Below are positions 49,346 through 59,472 of a stretch of 64,000 nucleotides of DNA, one piece after another. Within the stretch, counting starts at the first letter, position 1, and each line of letters begins with the position of its first letter. The position numbers and the translations under genes are program-made. Location: positions 22,339-86,338 of the IMG/VR virus record IMGVR_UViG_3300046710_000057; one strand, written 5' to 3'. The stretch comes from a virus. Under the pieces are notes generated by a model. The model made no database searches. It was not told the DNA's origin and saw only the letters and a program-made list of their open reading frames with translations.

Positions 49346-51101
49346 CTACTCGTATGCGTGCTCGGCAGGATTCGTGTTGTATCTCTGACCACACTCGCTA
49401 CACGTTACCTGCTCAGTTATCTCGATCTCTTTGTTGAGCTTACCGCATGGGCATTCCCATTCGTACCCGCTTGCAACAAGGTCAACAGAGTCTAGCTCGT
49501 CAGCTTCCTTATCTTTCTTCATAGCGTCCATCCTTTCTAATAGACTAACATTCGTCAATTGTTATGTTACCACAACCAAACCCAAAGAACAAGCAGAACT
49601 ATCGGCCTTCGCAACTATGCTTGCCAGCCATACTTATAGCACCCTTGCCAAAGCATTTGTCACAGTAGCCGAGCTTGCTATGATTCCCACAGATGGGCTT
49701 GCCACAATCTCTACATTTGTCGAATGTTCCATTGTAGCAACGGCTCATAGAGCACTCAAGAGTACGTCCGAACGCTTTGGGATACTTTCTAACAGGCTTA
49801 GCCATAATTATCATCCTTCCTTGCTAACGCTAAGGCTCAGATTGTACTCTGGCCTAAGCTCATAAGCACGTCGAAACAAGCACATCGCCTGCTCAGCAGC
49901 AACATATTGGTCGCTTGCTTCAATCCTGTACGTCTCTTTGCACTTGTCGAGCACGTAGCAACCTAACTTACCCTGCTCAAGCAGGAACGTCTCAATGCTG
50001 ACCTTGTACATTCTATGTATGCTCCCTTCTAATAATCGTTTAATATTAGCTCATCTAATCTGACCTATCAAGCCGTGCTATATACAGTCAATAGATCAGG
50101 TTAGTCAACTAACATTCGATCAATCTCTACTATATCCTCCTTACGCAAGAGATAATCAAGCACAGCAACACTCATTATTGCCTATATAGCAAACACAGCA
50201 ATACTCATCTACAGCACAGGTAAATAACCCTGATAACAACCTAATCAGGTAAATTACCCTCTGCTTGCTACAGCACGCCTAACAAGCTCATTGCCACGTT
50301 CTATAGGGTCAGGCGTACCACAAGCTAAGCAGTATCCATTCTCAGCAACAACGTCACAGTTGAGATGTAGATACACATGAACTTGCTTCTCTGTATCCCA
50401 ACAATATTCCCATCGGTCAGTATACGGCTCCCTGCCATATACGATTTTAGGTTCGCCTGCTACTGCTCTAAGCACTACAGTATCCTTTCTAACTACCTTT
50501 GCAGCAACGACTTATTGTGCCTTGTTGCTAAGACGCTGTGCTTGCTGTGCTTTGGTATCTACACAGAAGACCTTGTTTGTCGATTTGAGCGTAGGTTTGC
50601 TATGCTCTATACAGAATGTGCCTTTGCCACGTCTGTATAACCTTGCTTGCTCTGCTGCTAATAGATCAGACTGATACATAGTATCCTCCTTTGCTACTCG
50701 ATACTGTCGAGATTGAACTCAATATGCTGCTCTGCTACAAAGTCCCATCCAATATGAGTGATAGCCTGCCAGCATCCATAATCACGTTCAACAAAGCTCA
50801 GGTCGATTATAGCACCAAGGCTCCTTGCTATACCAAAGCCCATACCATGCTTCTCTGCTTGAGTCGTTCCCTTGCTACAAGCACAGTTAGTCAATGTAAG
50901 GTTGCCACAATCATCTACCTCTACATAGCCGATCTTAGAGGGAGCGTGCCTTATATTGCCGAGCAACTCTTTAAGCGCCCACGCTATATCAGCTTCTTTG
51001 TCAATGTGTCCTGTTGCTACAGCGATCTTAGCTGCAAGCTCAGTTGCTACGTGCGTTTCCTCATCTATATTGAAGCGTCTGCTCGCTAACATTAGACTCA
51101 A
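49346..51101 (-). other. Small early hypothetical CDSs (49346-49558, 49599-49814, 49811-50011, 50254-50475, 50694-51101)
   Basis: Co-oriented ORFs separated by AT-rich spacers. Confidence 0.5.
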
Positions 51102-51332
51102 CTCCTTCCTTGCTTGCTATATACTAAGTTCAACAATACTTATCTATTGCTCAGTTTAGTATACTGCTATGCTTGATTATACCCATTATGCTCTACTGCT
51201 ATGCTTGATCTTTGACATGCTCTACTGTAACCTATACCATTCGAGCACAATATCAGTGGGTCAGACTCAGCCATAATCTTTTTTGACACAATACTTGAGC
51301 TTTTTGATTATGGCTGAGCTTGCCCTTGCTTG

Positions 51333-51671
51333 TTAGATCATAGGCTGGTCGCTTGCTTCTATCAGCCACAGAGCGTTTGAGTGCTCGATTGCTACACTCT
51401 CTTGCGTCCAACGCTTGCACGCTTCGATTGCGTATGCTCTAAGGCGCTCTGCTACATCGAGTTCTGAGTAAGCGGTCACTATGATAACCTCTTCTGTAAC
51501 TAGATCGCCGTTACTGTTGACCCAGTTGCCTTTGCCTGCTGTGCTTGTACAGCCACCACACAGTTCAGATAGATACTTCTCTACTTCAGCTTGTGCCTGG
51601 GAATGTGTATACCCGCTTCCGTTGTAGTCACTAGGCACAATAATCGCATACTTGTAGCTCAGCTTTTTCAT
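51333..51671 (-). CDS. Hypothetical protein (PII/ferredoxin-like fold suspected)
   Basis: GGCT...GNWV...G.LVTE...QESVAIE; first minus-arm gene. Confidence 0.6.
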   Translation of the reverse strand: MKKLSYKYAIIVPSDYNGSGYTHSQAQAEVEKYLSELCGGCTSTAGKGNWVNSNGDLVTEEVIIVTAYSELDVAERLRAYAIEACKRWTQESVAIEHSNALWLIEASDQPMI

Positions 51672-52140
51672 CTCAATATACTCCAGTCCGTATTCGTTGA
51701 ATCTTACCCGCTTGCTTGATACATTCCCTGTGGAGTAGTAGACAATTCAGTGGTCAACCGCTAGGAGTATCGGCCCTAGCTTTCGAGCTTTATAAGGTTC
51801 GGTCCCTCTGTTCAGCCTACTATCTGTTATCCACTCATCGCTCGCTCGCTTCGTCTCTCTTCTTTTCATCCATTCTTAGTATACCACACGCACGCACGCG
51901 CGAAACATTAGACTAAAACTATTTTACCAGGCACGCATCAAGCCCAGCCGTTCTATGCCCAGCCCAGCCGCGCATTCTATGCGCGAACGCTTGACACACA
52001 AACATCAAGCCCAACTGCGCGTCCACCGTCTGTCAACATCCTCGACCGTGACCTCCATATGCCCCCCTGGTTCTCTATACGAACCCACGCTTGACACGCG
52101 CCAGACCCCAGGGTGGGACACACAGCTACTTGATGTCATT

Positions 52141-52241
52141 TGAAACTTTTCAAAGCCCAATGTTAGCTCGCACTCTTGAGCTTTTCAAAGCCCAAAGTTA
52201 GCTTGCACTTTTGAGCTTTTCAAAGCCCATTGGTCGCTCGC
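52141..52241. repeat. Three tandem 35-bp repeats
   Basis: Core cttttcaaagccca at 52146, 52181 and 52216. Confidence 0.9.
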
Positions 52242-52296
52242 CATTTTTTGTTTTTTTCGCGTCGGAAACTTTCTTGGTTGTCGGCGCGTAGTACTA

Positions 52297-52540
52297 ATGG
52301 AACTCGCGGTTCAACGCATGGACAATTGGCTACGTCAACGTTGGCAGAGACTACCAACAGTAGCGAAAAGATCGGCAAAGTCTACCGGTCACCGCGAGTT
52401 CAGTTATAGGACCGGCTCGGCACTTGATCACGGTGTCTACGAGTCTCCTGGGCGAAGTCAAAGGAAAGACGCCGGTAACTAGCACTACTGGTCTGTCCAG
52501 GGTGGGAAGCCTCGTGGGGAATGGGGCAGTCGGTCCTCTC
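52297..52540 (+). ncRNA. Candidate two-domain structured RNA at the start of the plus arm
   Basis: 11-bp helix 52300-52310/52391-52401; 10-bp helix 52408-52417/52528-52537. Confidence 0.45.
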
Positions 52541-52716
52541 TTAATTTGAGGTTCTCAAGATGGTGCGACTCTCTCTTGGTTACAGTGTGGAAGGAACCGA
52601 AAAGGTAATCCGCGTCGCGGTGACTTTATAGGTGAACAGCGCCCATCCAAGGACTAGGAGAGCTATAACCGTCGCACCTTCTTGGGAACTTTGGATAAAG
52701 CGGGGTAAGTGGGGAA

Positions 52717-53120
52717 TGAAGAGATACGTTGTTGGATTGTTGTTTAGCTGGGACAGGAACTATGTGGTCCTGATTCGCAAGAAGCGTCCGTTCTGGCAGT
52801 CTGGGAAGCTCAATGGTCCTGGTGGTCACGTCGAGGATTTCGAGTTCTCGAAGGACGCTATGATCAGAGAGTTCAAGGAAGAGACAGGATTGAAAGTCGA
52901 GGGGTGGGAGAGGGTTGTCATCCTGAATGGGGTCAGTTATCAGGTGGAGTTCTTCAGAGCGTTCGGAGACATCCAGAAGGTGAAGACCACAACTGACGAG
53001 GAAGTGCAAATCCACTCAGCTAAGTATCTTCCACCAAACATCGTCACTGGGTTGTCTTGGATTATCCCGCTTGCATTAGATGACAAGATTCTAATGCCGA
53101 TGACAGTCAACGAAAGGTGA
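52717..53120 (+). CDS. Nudix hydrolase
   Basis: GGHVE......AMIREFKEETGL Nudix box. Confidence 0.9.
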
Positions 53121-53228
53121 CATTATGGGAGTGTTGGTTGGAATCTTTCTCGGTTGGTATATCGTGTCGAATGTGCTGAGACCTCGCGTGTCGAGAGCCA
53201 TCATCGCTCAGATCAATGAGGTGGTCAG

Positions 53229-54617
53229 ATGAAATGTGATTTTTGCGGCAAGAAGAAAGCTAGGTGGCAGTTGGTCCTGGGGTGCTACTTCCACAAGCAC
53301 GGTCTTGAGCATCCTGGTGATGAGAAAAGAGATTTGGTTGTCTGCGATACCTGCCTCAGTGGGGCTACGGTGGATGGCGAGATTGAACTGCTTCCCAAGG
53401 GCGAAGAAGTCAAGGTGGCGATTGATCTAGGAGACTAAAAAAATGCACATTCATGATTTGAAATGTCCCTGGTGTGGGACGCCGATTCAAAGTGATTACT
53501 ACAGAGCCAATGGTTACTATGGCGAGAGGGCTGATAAGTTCCGGTGTTCAGCGTGCCTCAAACTTGTTCATGTTACAGTGACCAAGGAGTACTCGATTGA
53601 ACGAGGGGAATCAATCAAGGAGTTTCCGCTCGTTGATAAGGCTTCTGCTTCCTCAGAAAAGATTCCCACTCGGAGGGTCAGAAATGGGTAGGCTGCTGTG
53701 CTGCTTCGGCATCCATCATTGGTTCTACGACACACTCGCTGTCCATCCGCGTGTAGTTCACAGGTGGTGCATTCGCTGTGGACACGATCAGTGGTGGAAC
53801 TGGCGCGGTTGGTGGGTAAACTACTACTACAAGCTAAACGAGGACAAGAAATGAGCTATGAGATGAGCAAGGACGGCCAGACATTCAACATGGGCGCGTC
53901 CATTGACGAAGTTGGCGCTGGGGATGCCGTTAAGATCGGCTCCCAGCTTGAGATCATCAAGAGTATCCGGCCAGTGGCAGGCTCTTCTTGGGATAAGGAG
54001 ATCACCACGCAGTCCGGTCAGAGGGTGACCATGTTTGGCGTGAATGCTTATGGGAGAAAGAAATGATCAGAAAGATTCTGTGCTTCTTAGGGTTCCACAA
54101 ATGGGACCAAAGTCGTCCTTTGAACATCCAAGATGGGATGCCGTTCTTCGGCGTTCCTTATGACGTTCCGACTCGGCACTGTCTGTGCTGTCCGGTAACG
54201 CAGCGATGGCTCCCTGGCTACGGTGGCTCAGAGTGGGGCTGCTGGATGGTGGTTGACACAAGGCAATAGCCTTAATCTGGGCGTTTGCAAGTCTATAGGC
54301 TTGAATTGGCCGTTTTCAAGCCTATAGTGTTGTGTTGGCCGTTTTCAACATTATAATGTTGTTTGGAGGTCGAGATGTCTTCGGAAAACATTGGCATGAT
54401 ATGTAACTGTGGGACGGAACTGAACATAGTGGGCGCTAAGGCCGTCCGGTGCTCAAACTGCGGTAGGTGGTGGACGATCACTCGCACTCCAACGAGCACA
54501 ACGATTGTGAACAAGGAATCGGAGATAGATGAGTGGCTTAGGAAGCTGATCAATCCTATTAGGCGATTTCTCATATGGCTGAAGCGAGAATGGAATGAGT
54601 ATTTGGGTATCCTATAG
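53229..54617 (+). other. Small hypothetical CDSs, mostly zinc-binding (53229-53438, 53443-53691, about 53685-53854, about 53850-54066, 54063-54269, 54363-54617)
   Basis: Coupled ORFs; two begin with a DUF1660-like L(L/I)C.(F/L)G.H.W motif. Confidence 0.6.
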
Positions 54618-54794
54618 ATGGAGGGTACTCAAATGATCACAAAGCTCTACAACTTACTATTGTACTGGGCTGAGGTGGAAAGCCCTTGGCCTTATGCCAT
54701 TCTCTTGGCCGGTACGCTCTTGGCATTGGTTTTTGGGGTCCATCCTACTGCCCACGCTCATTTGGTTAGAGTGTGTAGGACGATAACTAGATAG

Positions 54795-55095
54795 GCTCTC
54801 AAAGTGGGGCGACGCTCCTCAAGCTACAGTGGTCGGAAACAAAGCTGCAAACTATGGCGGAAACCACCATCCCAGGGCTTGAAAAATCTGGTCGTGTGTC
54901 GCCCCACTTTTGGAGCTTTCCCTGATCACCAAGAGATTGACCAACACGGAACGACTCGGTGGAGACGGTTTCAGCATCCACTTGATCAGGGAACTTTTGA
55001 TAAATGTGGAGCGTAGTAAGAAATGCGTTCCTAGCGCAAGAAGCCCTCAGAGTTCACAAATACACGTCCGAGAACTACATCCTCTGAGGGCTTCT
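54795..55095 (+). ncRNA. Candidate structured RNA with three long helices upstream of the ACP-like gene
   Basis: 13-bp, 11-bp and 14-bp perfect inverted repeats. Confidence 0.45.
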
Positions 55096-55117
55096 AATTC
55101 ATTCGAGGAGTTTTAAC

Positions 55118-55354
55118 ATGGGTACGACTTTCGAGCGAGTACAAAAGGTCGTGGTCAACCGGCTGAAGGTGTCTGCTGATGAGGTCAAGGAAGCGGTGAC
55201 CTTTGAAGACCTGGGGGCTGACGAACTTGACAAGATCGACGTGGTGATCGGTATTGAGGACGAGTTCGAGATCAACATTTCCGATGACGACTGGGATGGG
55301 GTCAAGACTATTGGTGAGGCGGTCACCTTAGTCAACAAACTGGAAGGCCGATAA
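55118..55354 (+). CDS. Acyl carrier protein homologue with Ser to Glu at the phosphopantetheine site
   Basis: TFERVQKVVV..L.V...FEDLGADELD..DVVIGIEDEFEINISD; GAGGAG RBS. Confidence 0.9.
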   Translation: MGTTFERVQKVVVNRLKVSADEVKEAVTFEDLGADELDKIDVVIGIEDEFEINISDDDWDGVKTIGEAVTLVNKLEGR

Positions 55355-55747
55355 TGCTGGAACCGGCTCCTCCACATGGTCGGCTGATGAAAGACGGTGA
55401 TGTCAGGGTCAGCAGGCACTCTCATGTCGATGAAATCGACACGTTGGGGGAACGTGTACGAATTGTCGGTAGTTTTCGACATGTCCTGACGTTTTGTACG
55501 AAACCTCTACACTTATCAACATGTGTCGATGTTTCGGTACAGTTGGATAGAAACCCCTACAAGTAGCAACAAGTGTTGGGAACTCTATCCGAGACAGACG
55601 GCGTATAAAGAAGTAGCAGATACACGATTAGTGACGGACAACCGAAGAAAGACCCAACATCTCAGCAAGCCCCTGGAGTCCATAAACGACTCTGGGGGTT
55701 TTGCTGATTTTGGGAACACATCAGAATCGTGCGGCGTATAAGAAGTT

Positions 55748-56191
55748 ATGAGACGGTTTTGGTCCAAAGTCCATATTGGCGGTCCTGATGACTGCTGGGA
55801 ATGGCAGGCCAGTTGTTTCGGAGAGGGTTACGGTAGTTTTTGGTACAAACGGAAGAACGTAGGTACTCATCGAGTTGCTTACGAACTTGGAGTTGGTCCT
55901 ATTCCAGAAGGTCAACAGATTCTTCATACTTGTGATAACCGAAAATGCTGTAATCCTGCTCACTTGTTTCCTGGGACACAACTGGACAACATAAGAGATA
56001 TGGACAGCAAAAAGCGAAGAGTTGGTAACGTCAAACTGACCAACTCTCAGATTATTGAGATTCGTCAAAAGTACATTCCAAGGGTTTGTACTCAACAACA
56101 ATTGGCCGAAGAATACGGCGTGGTTCAATCGCACATTGGACGTATAGTTAGAAACGAACAAAGAGAGGAGGAAAAAACCTATGAGACTTAG
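55748..56191 (+). CDS. HNH homing endonuclease with HTH (copy 3)
   Basis: RFWSKV, CWEW, LHTCDNRKCCNPAHL. Confidence 0.9.
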   Translation: MRRFWSKVHIGGPDDCWEWQASCFGEGYGSFWYKRKNVGTHRVAYELGVGPIPEGQQILHTCDNRKCCNPAHLFPGTQLDNIRDMDSKKRRVGNVKLTNSQIIEIRQKYIPRVCTQQQLAEEYGVVQSHIGRIVRNEQREEEKTYET

Positions 56192-56533
56192 AATTGGAAT
56201 TGACGGCAGGATACTGGGGTTTCTCGGTGTCCACTGGACGCTTGTGGCAAGAGATGTTGCGGAAAGCGATTTGGACAAGGCAGCGTGGGTTTGTGGATAC
56301 CTTGACAAGCTGACTGTCAACGTCCGCTTCCTTACTGGAGCGATATTCGCCACACTGACCCCAAACGTTCCTCCAGTCGTATAACATTTGACGATTTCCG
56401 ATTGTTTACCGACCGTGGTCGGAAACCTGGGCAGGATGCCCTATGGCTAGTGCAGCTAAGCGTTGAACCTTGGATGGAAGTAAACACCAAGTTGAGAAAG
56501 TTCCGCGAACCTGGCGAACGGTTGCCATTTCAT

Positions 56534-56680
56534 GTGGGAGTAGTTTAATACAAAGGCTGAACGGAATAAGGTACTGTCCTTGCATGAAGAGTAGTCTACC
56601 ATGCGAGTGTAGGCAAAACGTCTAGGTAGCGTAAGACCGGTTCAACCTAGAAGTTGGGGGTTCGATTCCCTTCTCCCACT
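56534..56680 (+). ncRNA. Enlarged tRNA-like RNA (147 nt)
   Basis: GTGGGAG/CTCCCAC acceptor; GGGGG-TTCGATT-CCCTT T-arm; about 65-nt structured D-loop insert; 7-bp anticodon stem with 17-nt loop. Confidence 0.6.
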
Positions 56681-56691
56681 TCCTGCCTATT

Positions 56692-58939
56692 ATGATCAAC
56701 AGAGACATCGACATCGAAGTGTTTGGCTATATGGGTGGCGGTGGCGTCACGGTCTTCTCGTGTCTTGATGTGCAGGAGACCTTCAAATGGACCGAGGAAG
56801 CTGTCGGACTGTGTATGGAGTGTCGCAACAGATATAGAGACGGAAACTTGCCACCTTGCTGCGATTGCAGCGGACTCAACCACTCAGACGATCACAATTA
56901 CTTCGAGGAGTTTGATTGGTAGCGAGAGCGTAACTGGGGAGCTACTCAGGAACCTCCTCTTCTGAGTAGCTCCTACTTTTTGGAGGTAATGATGAGAGAT
57001 CGGTTTTTTGCAAGTTGTTCTTTCGAGAATGATTGTTGGGGTCTGGAAGCAGGACTGATATTGGACCGTTGGGATGGCACTGAACTCACTTTGCGCATCG
57101 TAATCGGTCCATTTCACTTTTCTACCGGCGTGACAATAATCAAACCGAAAGAATACTGCGAATGTGGCGACCATGACTAGAGCAGAGCACATAAAAATCG
57201 TCAAAGACGGTTTGCACAAGTTCATTGACGAAAAAATCAACGAAGACAGTAAAGTGGACGTAGACCTGAGTCAAGGGATTTGTGAAATCCTAAGAGATGG
57301 CTATGTAGAGACGAGTCGCGAACCAAACGACACATACTCACTGGTCGTCTTGGTCAATGGTGGGGCGCACAACACTGAGAGAAAGGAAGAATGATGGATA
57401 TAGACTGGGACGATTGGCATTCAGTTGCTTGCGTAGCCTTATGGCCTATAACAGCCACAATAGGTCTTTGGATGGTTATAGGTGTTACGATCTTTAGAGG
57501 TCTGGGATACCTTGCGCGATTGGTAGAACGGAAGGAAGAATGAAAGCAGTCCACTTTGAACTTGGAGCAAATCCTGACGTGAAGACTACTTGGAGCATAG
57601 GTCTCCAAGGTGGCGAAGTAACTACTGGTCACAGAGTCGTCGCTCTCTGGTTTGGTCGTCGGTATCTTGCGATGACTTGGCTTCCAGGCTGGCGATTCAG
57701 CCTTCGGCGTCGGCGACCGAGCAAAGCGATTCCTCAGTCGATTGGGGATGTCATCAACGTTGCGATAGACGATGCTGGTGGCATACATTTGACCACTGTC
57801 ATCACTGATCAGAGGATATGGGACAAGCTGGCTGTTGGCGGTCCCATTCGACGTATTACCGCAGAAGTACGGAGGAAACCTTGAAAACCAATATAACTGT
57901 AGCAATCGTTCTTGTTGTCCTAGTGGTCTTGGTTGGTGCGATCTGGTATAACGCAGCAGTGAACTGCGGACAAAAGCCTATCGTTGGCACTGTGATCGCC
58001 AAGAACATCTGTCAGCACTGGAACTACTCTCATGACCAAGTAGCCGTTCAGGTCAAGACAGGCGGCGGCTATTCTCTCTACACGATCAATGTGAAGTTTG
58101 CTCACTATGGCGCTTTGCAAGTCGGCCATACTTACAGGTTCATATTCGATCAAGGTTTCTTTGCTGATCAGAAACCAATCCAGATTGAAGAGATCACTCC
58201 TGTACCCCAAGTGCCTATGCCTCGAAACGTAAACAGTTTGGCATAAGTGCCGACATTTCGTAACAAGGGGTGATCGGATGGTCAAGCGTATTTCGGACGC
58301 TGAGAAAGAAGACGATGTGGCCTTAGAGATAGGCCGAGCGGTGATAGAAGCGATGCGCATGGCTTCTCAGGACTATGGAGGGGCAGACATTGAAATCTGT
58401 CCGACTGATGGGACTGCATTTCACGTTCTTGTGCGGCGTTGTTCGGAAGACGTGACTCGAATCGAGAATTGTCGCTTACCTGAGTCGGTATGGGGTGAAG
58501 AAGATGGCAAGGGGTAGAATTGACGAAATCGTACTGGTCCAAAAGAACTCTGCGGTAGGACCATCAGATAAACCCACTCTATGCCGACAGGTATACTGGT
58601 TTGATTTGGGCGTCGTATGTGAACGTTGCGCTGCGGCATTTGGACGTAGAGTTCTGGGACTGGCAACATTCTACGAAACCCAATGCGATTGTTGCAAAGA
58701 GACGGTGGTTTGCACTGAACGAAGAGATTACAAACGAATTGTCGTAGAGGAGTAAAATGGCACAGAAGTATATTCGCAAGTGGGGTTGTGGTGCTAATGA
58801 CTGGCACGAACTCAAGAAGAACCGAAAGACGATGACCAAGTGTGGCAGGAAGATCACCGATGGCAAGGTGATAGACGAGGAAGAGTTCAAGTCTATGCCT
58901 AACCGATACTATTGTCACCGTTGTAGGGAAACTGTGTGA
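56692..58939 (+). other. Small hypothetical CDSs (56692-56922, 56980-57180, about 57174-57394, 57540-57884, about 57881-58246, 58278-58517, 58495-58755, 58757-58939)
   Basis: Coupled plus-strand ORFs. Confidence 0.55.
56939..56972 (+). terminator. Hairpin, possible intrinsic terminator
   Basis: GAGCTACTCAG/CTGAGTAGCTC followed by ctactttt. Confidence 0.45.
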
Positions 58940-59472
58940 TGGAATACGTCTGTAGGCGAGGTTTTGGTAGGAGAAATAAACCTTGGCACGTCCTTGACGA
59001 CAATCGGTTAAAGTGTGGCGCACACATCAACAACGGTCTAATAATAGACGAAACTGAGTTTCGTATGATACCAAGGCTGTTGTGTACTCGCTGCAAACAG
59101 ACTGATGTAGTTAAGATGCGACGTGAGCAAGAAAAGCGTACCAAGGTGAAAAAGAAGAAAGGTATCAAGCCACAGCCTCTCGATCAGCGTTTTTGGAATA
59201 CAGTCAAGAAGGCTGGACCTGACGAATGTTGGGAATGGCAAGGGTGCATTACTGAAGACGGCTATGGCTGGTTCAGAATGAACAGACAACGTTCAGTCTT
59301 AGCTCATAGGTTAGCTTATGAACTGACAATTGCACTTCTTCCTCCTCCTGGTTCGCGCCATCTAATGCGTGTCCGTCATAAATGCGAGAACAAAAGATGC
59401 TGCAATCCTGCTCATCTATATTCTTCGTGGAATAGGAAGAAAGATGGAATCGTACAAACTACCTTCGCTTAA
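58936..59472 (+). CDS. Zinc-binding domain fused to HNH endonuclease (copy 4)
   Basis: C-terminal RFW..V...CWEW...AHR...RHKCENKRCCNPAHL. Confidence 0.8.
   Translation: MMEYVCRRGFGRRNKPWHVLDDNRLKCGAHINNGLIIDETEFRMIPRLLCTRCKQTDVVKMRREQEKRTKVKKKKGIKPQPLDQRFWNTVKKAGPDECWEWQGCITEDGYGWFRMNRQRSVLAHRLAYELTIALLPPPGSRHLMRVRHKCENKRCCNPAHLYSSWNRKKDGIVQTTFA

Noticed and set aside
51266-51318. 13-bp inverted repeat as an IS end
   Set aside because: No transposase or target duplication; more likely a regulatory hairpin.
160-51900. Many plus-strand ORFs in the track (e.g. 3185-3670, 19034-19672, 22635-23564, 33473-34054)
   Set aside because: Antisense shadows of well-supported minus-strand genes, with no RBS or recognisable motifs.
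52141-52241. CRISPR mini-array
   Set aside because: Repeats are directly tandem with no unique spacers; no cas genes in the window.
54840-54890. c-di-GMP-I riboswitch
   Set aside because: GCAAAC...GAAA is present but the GACGCAAAGC half is missing.
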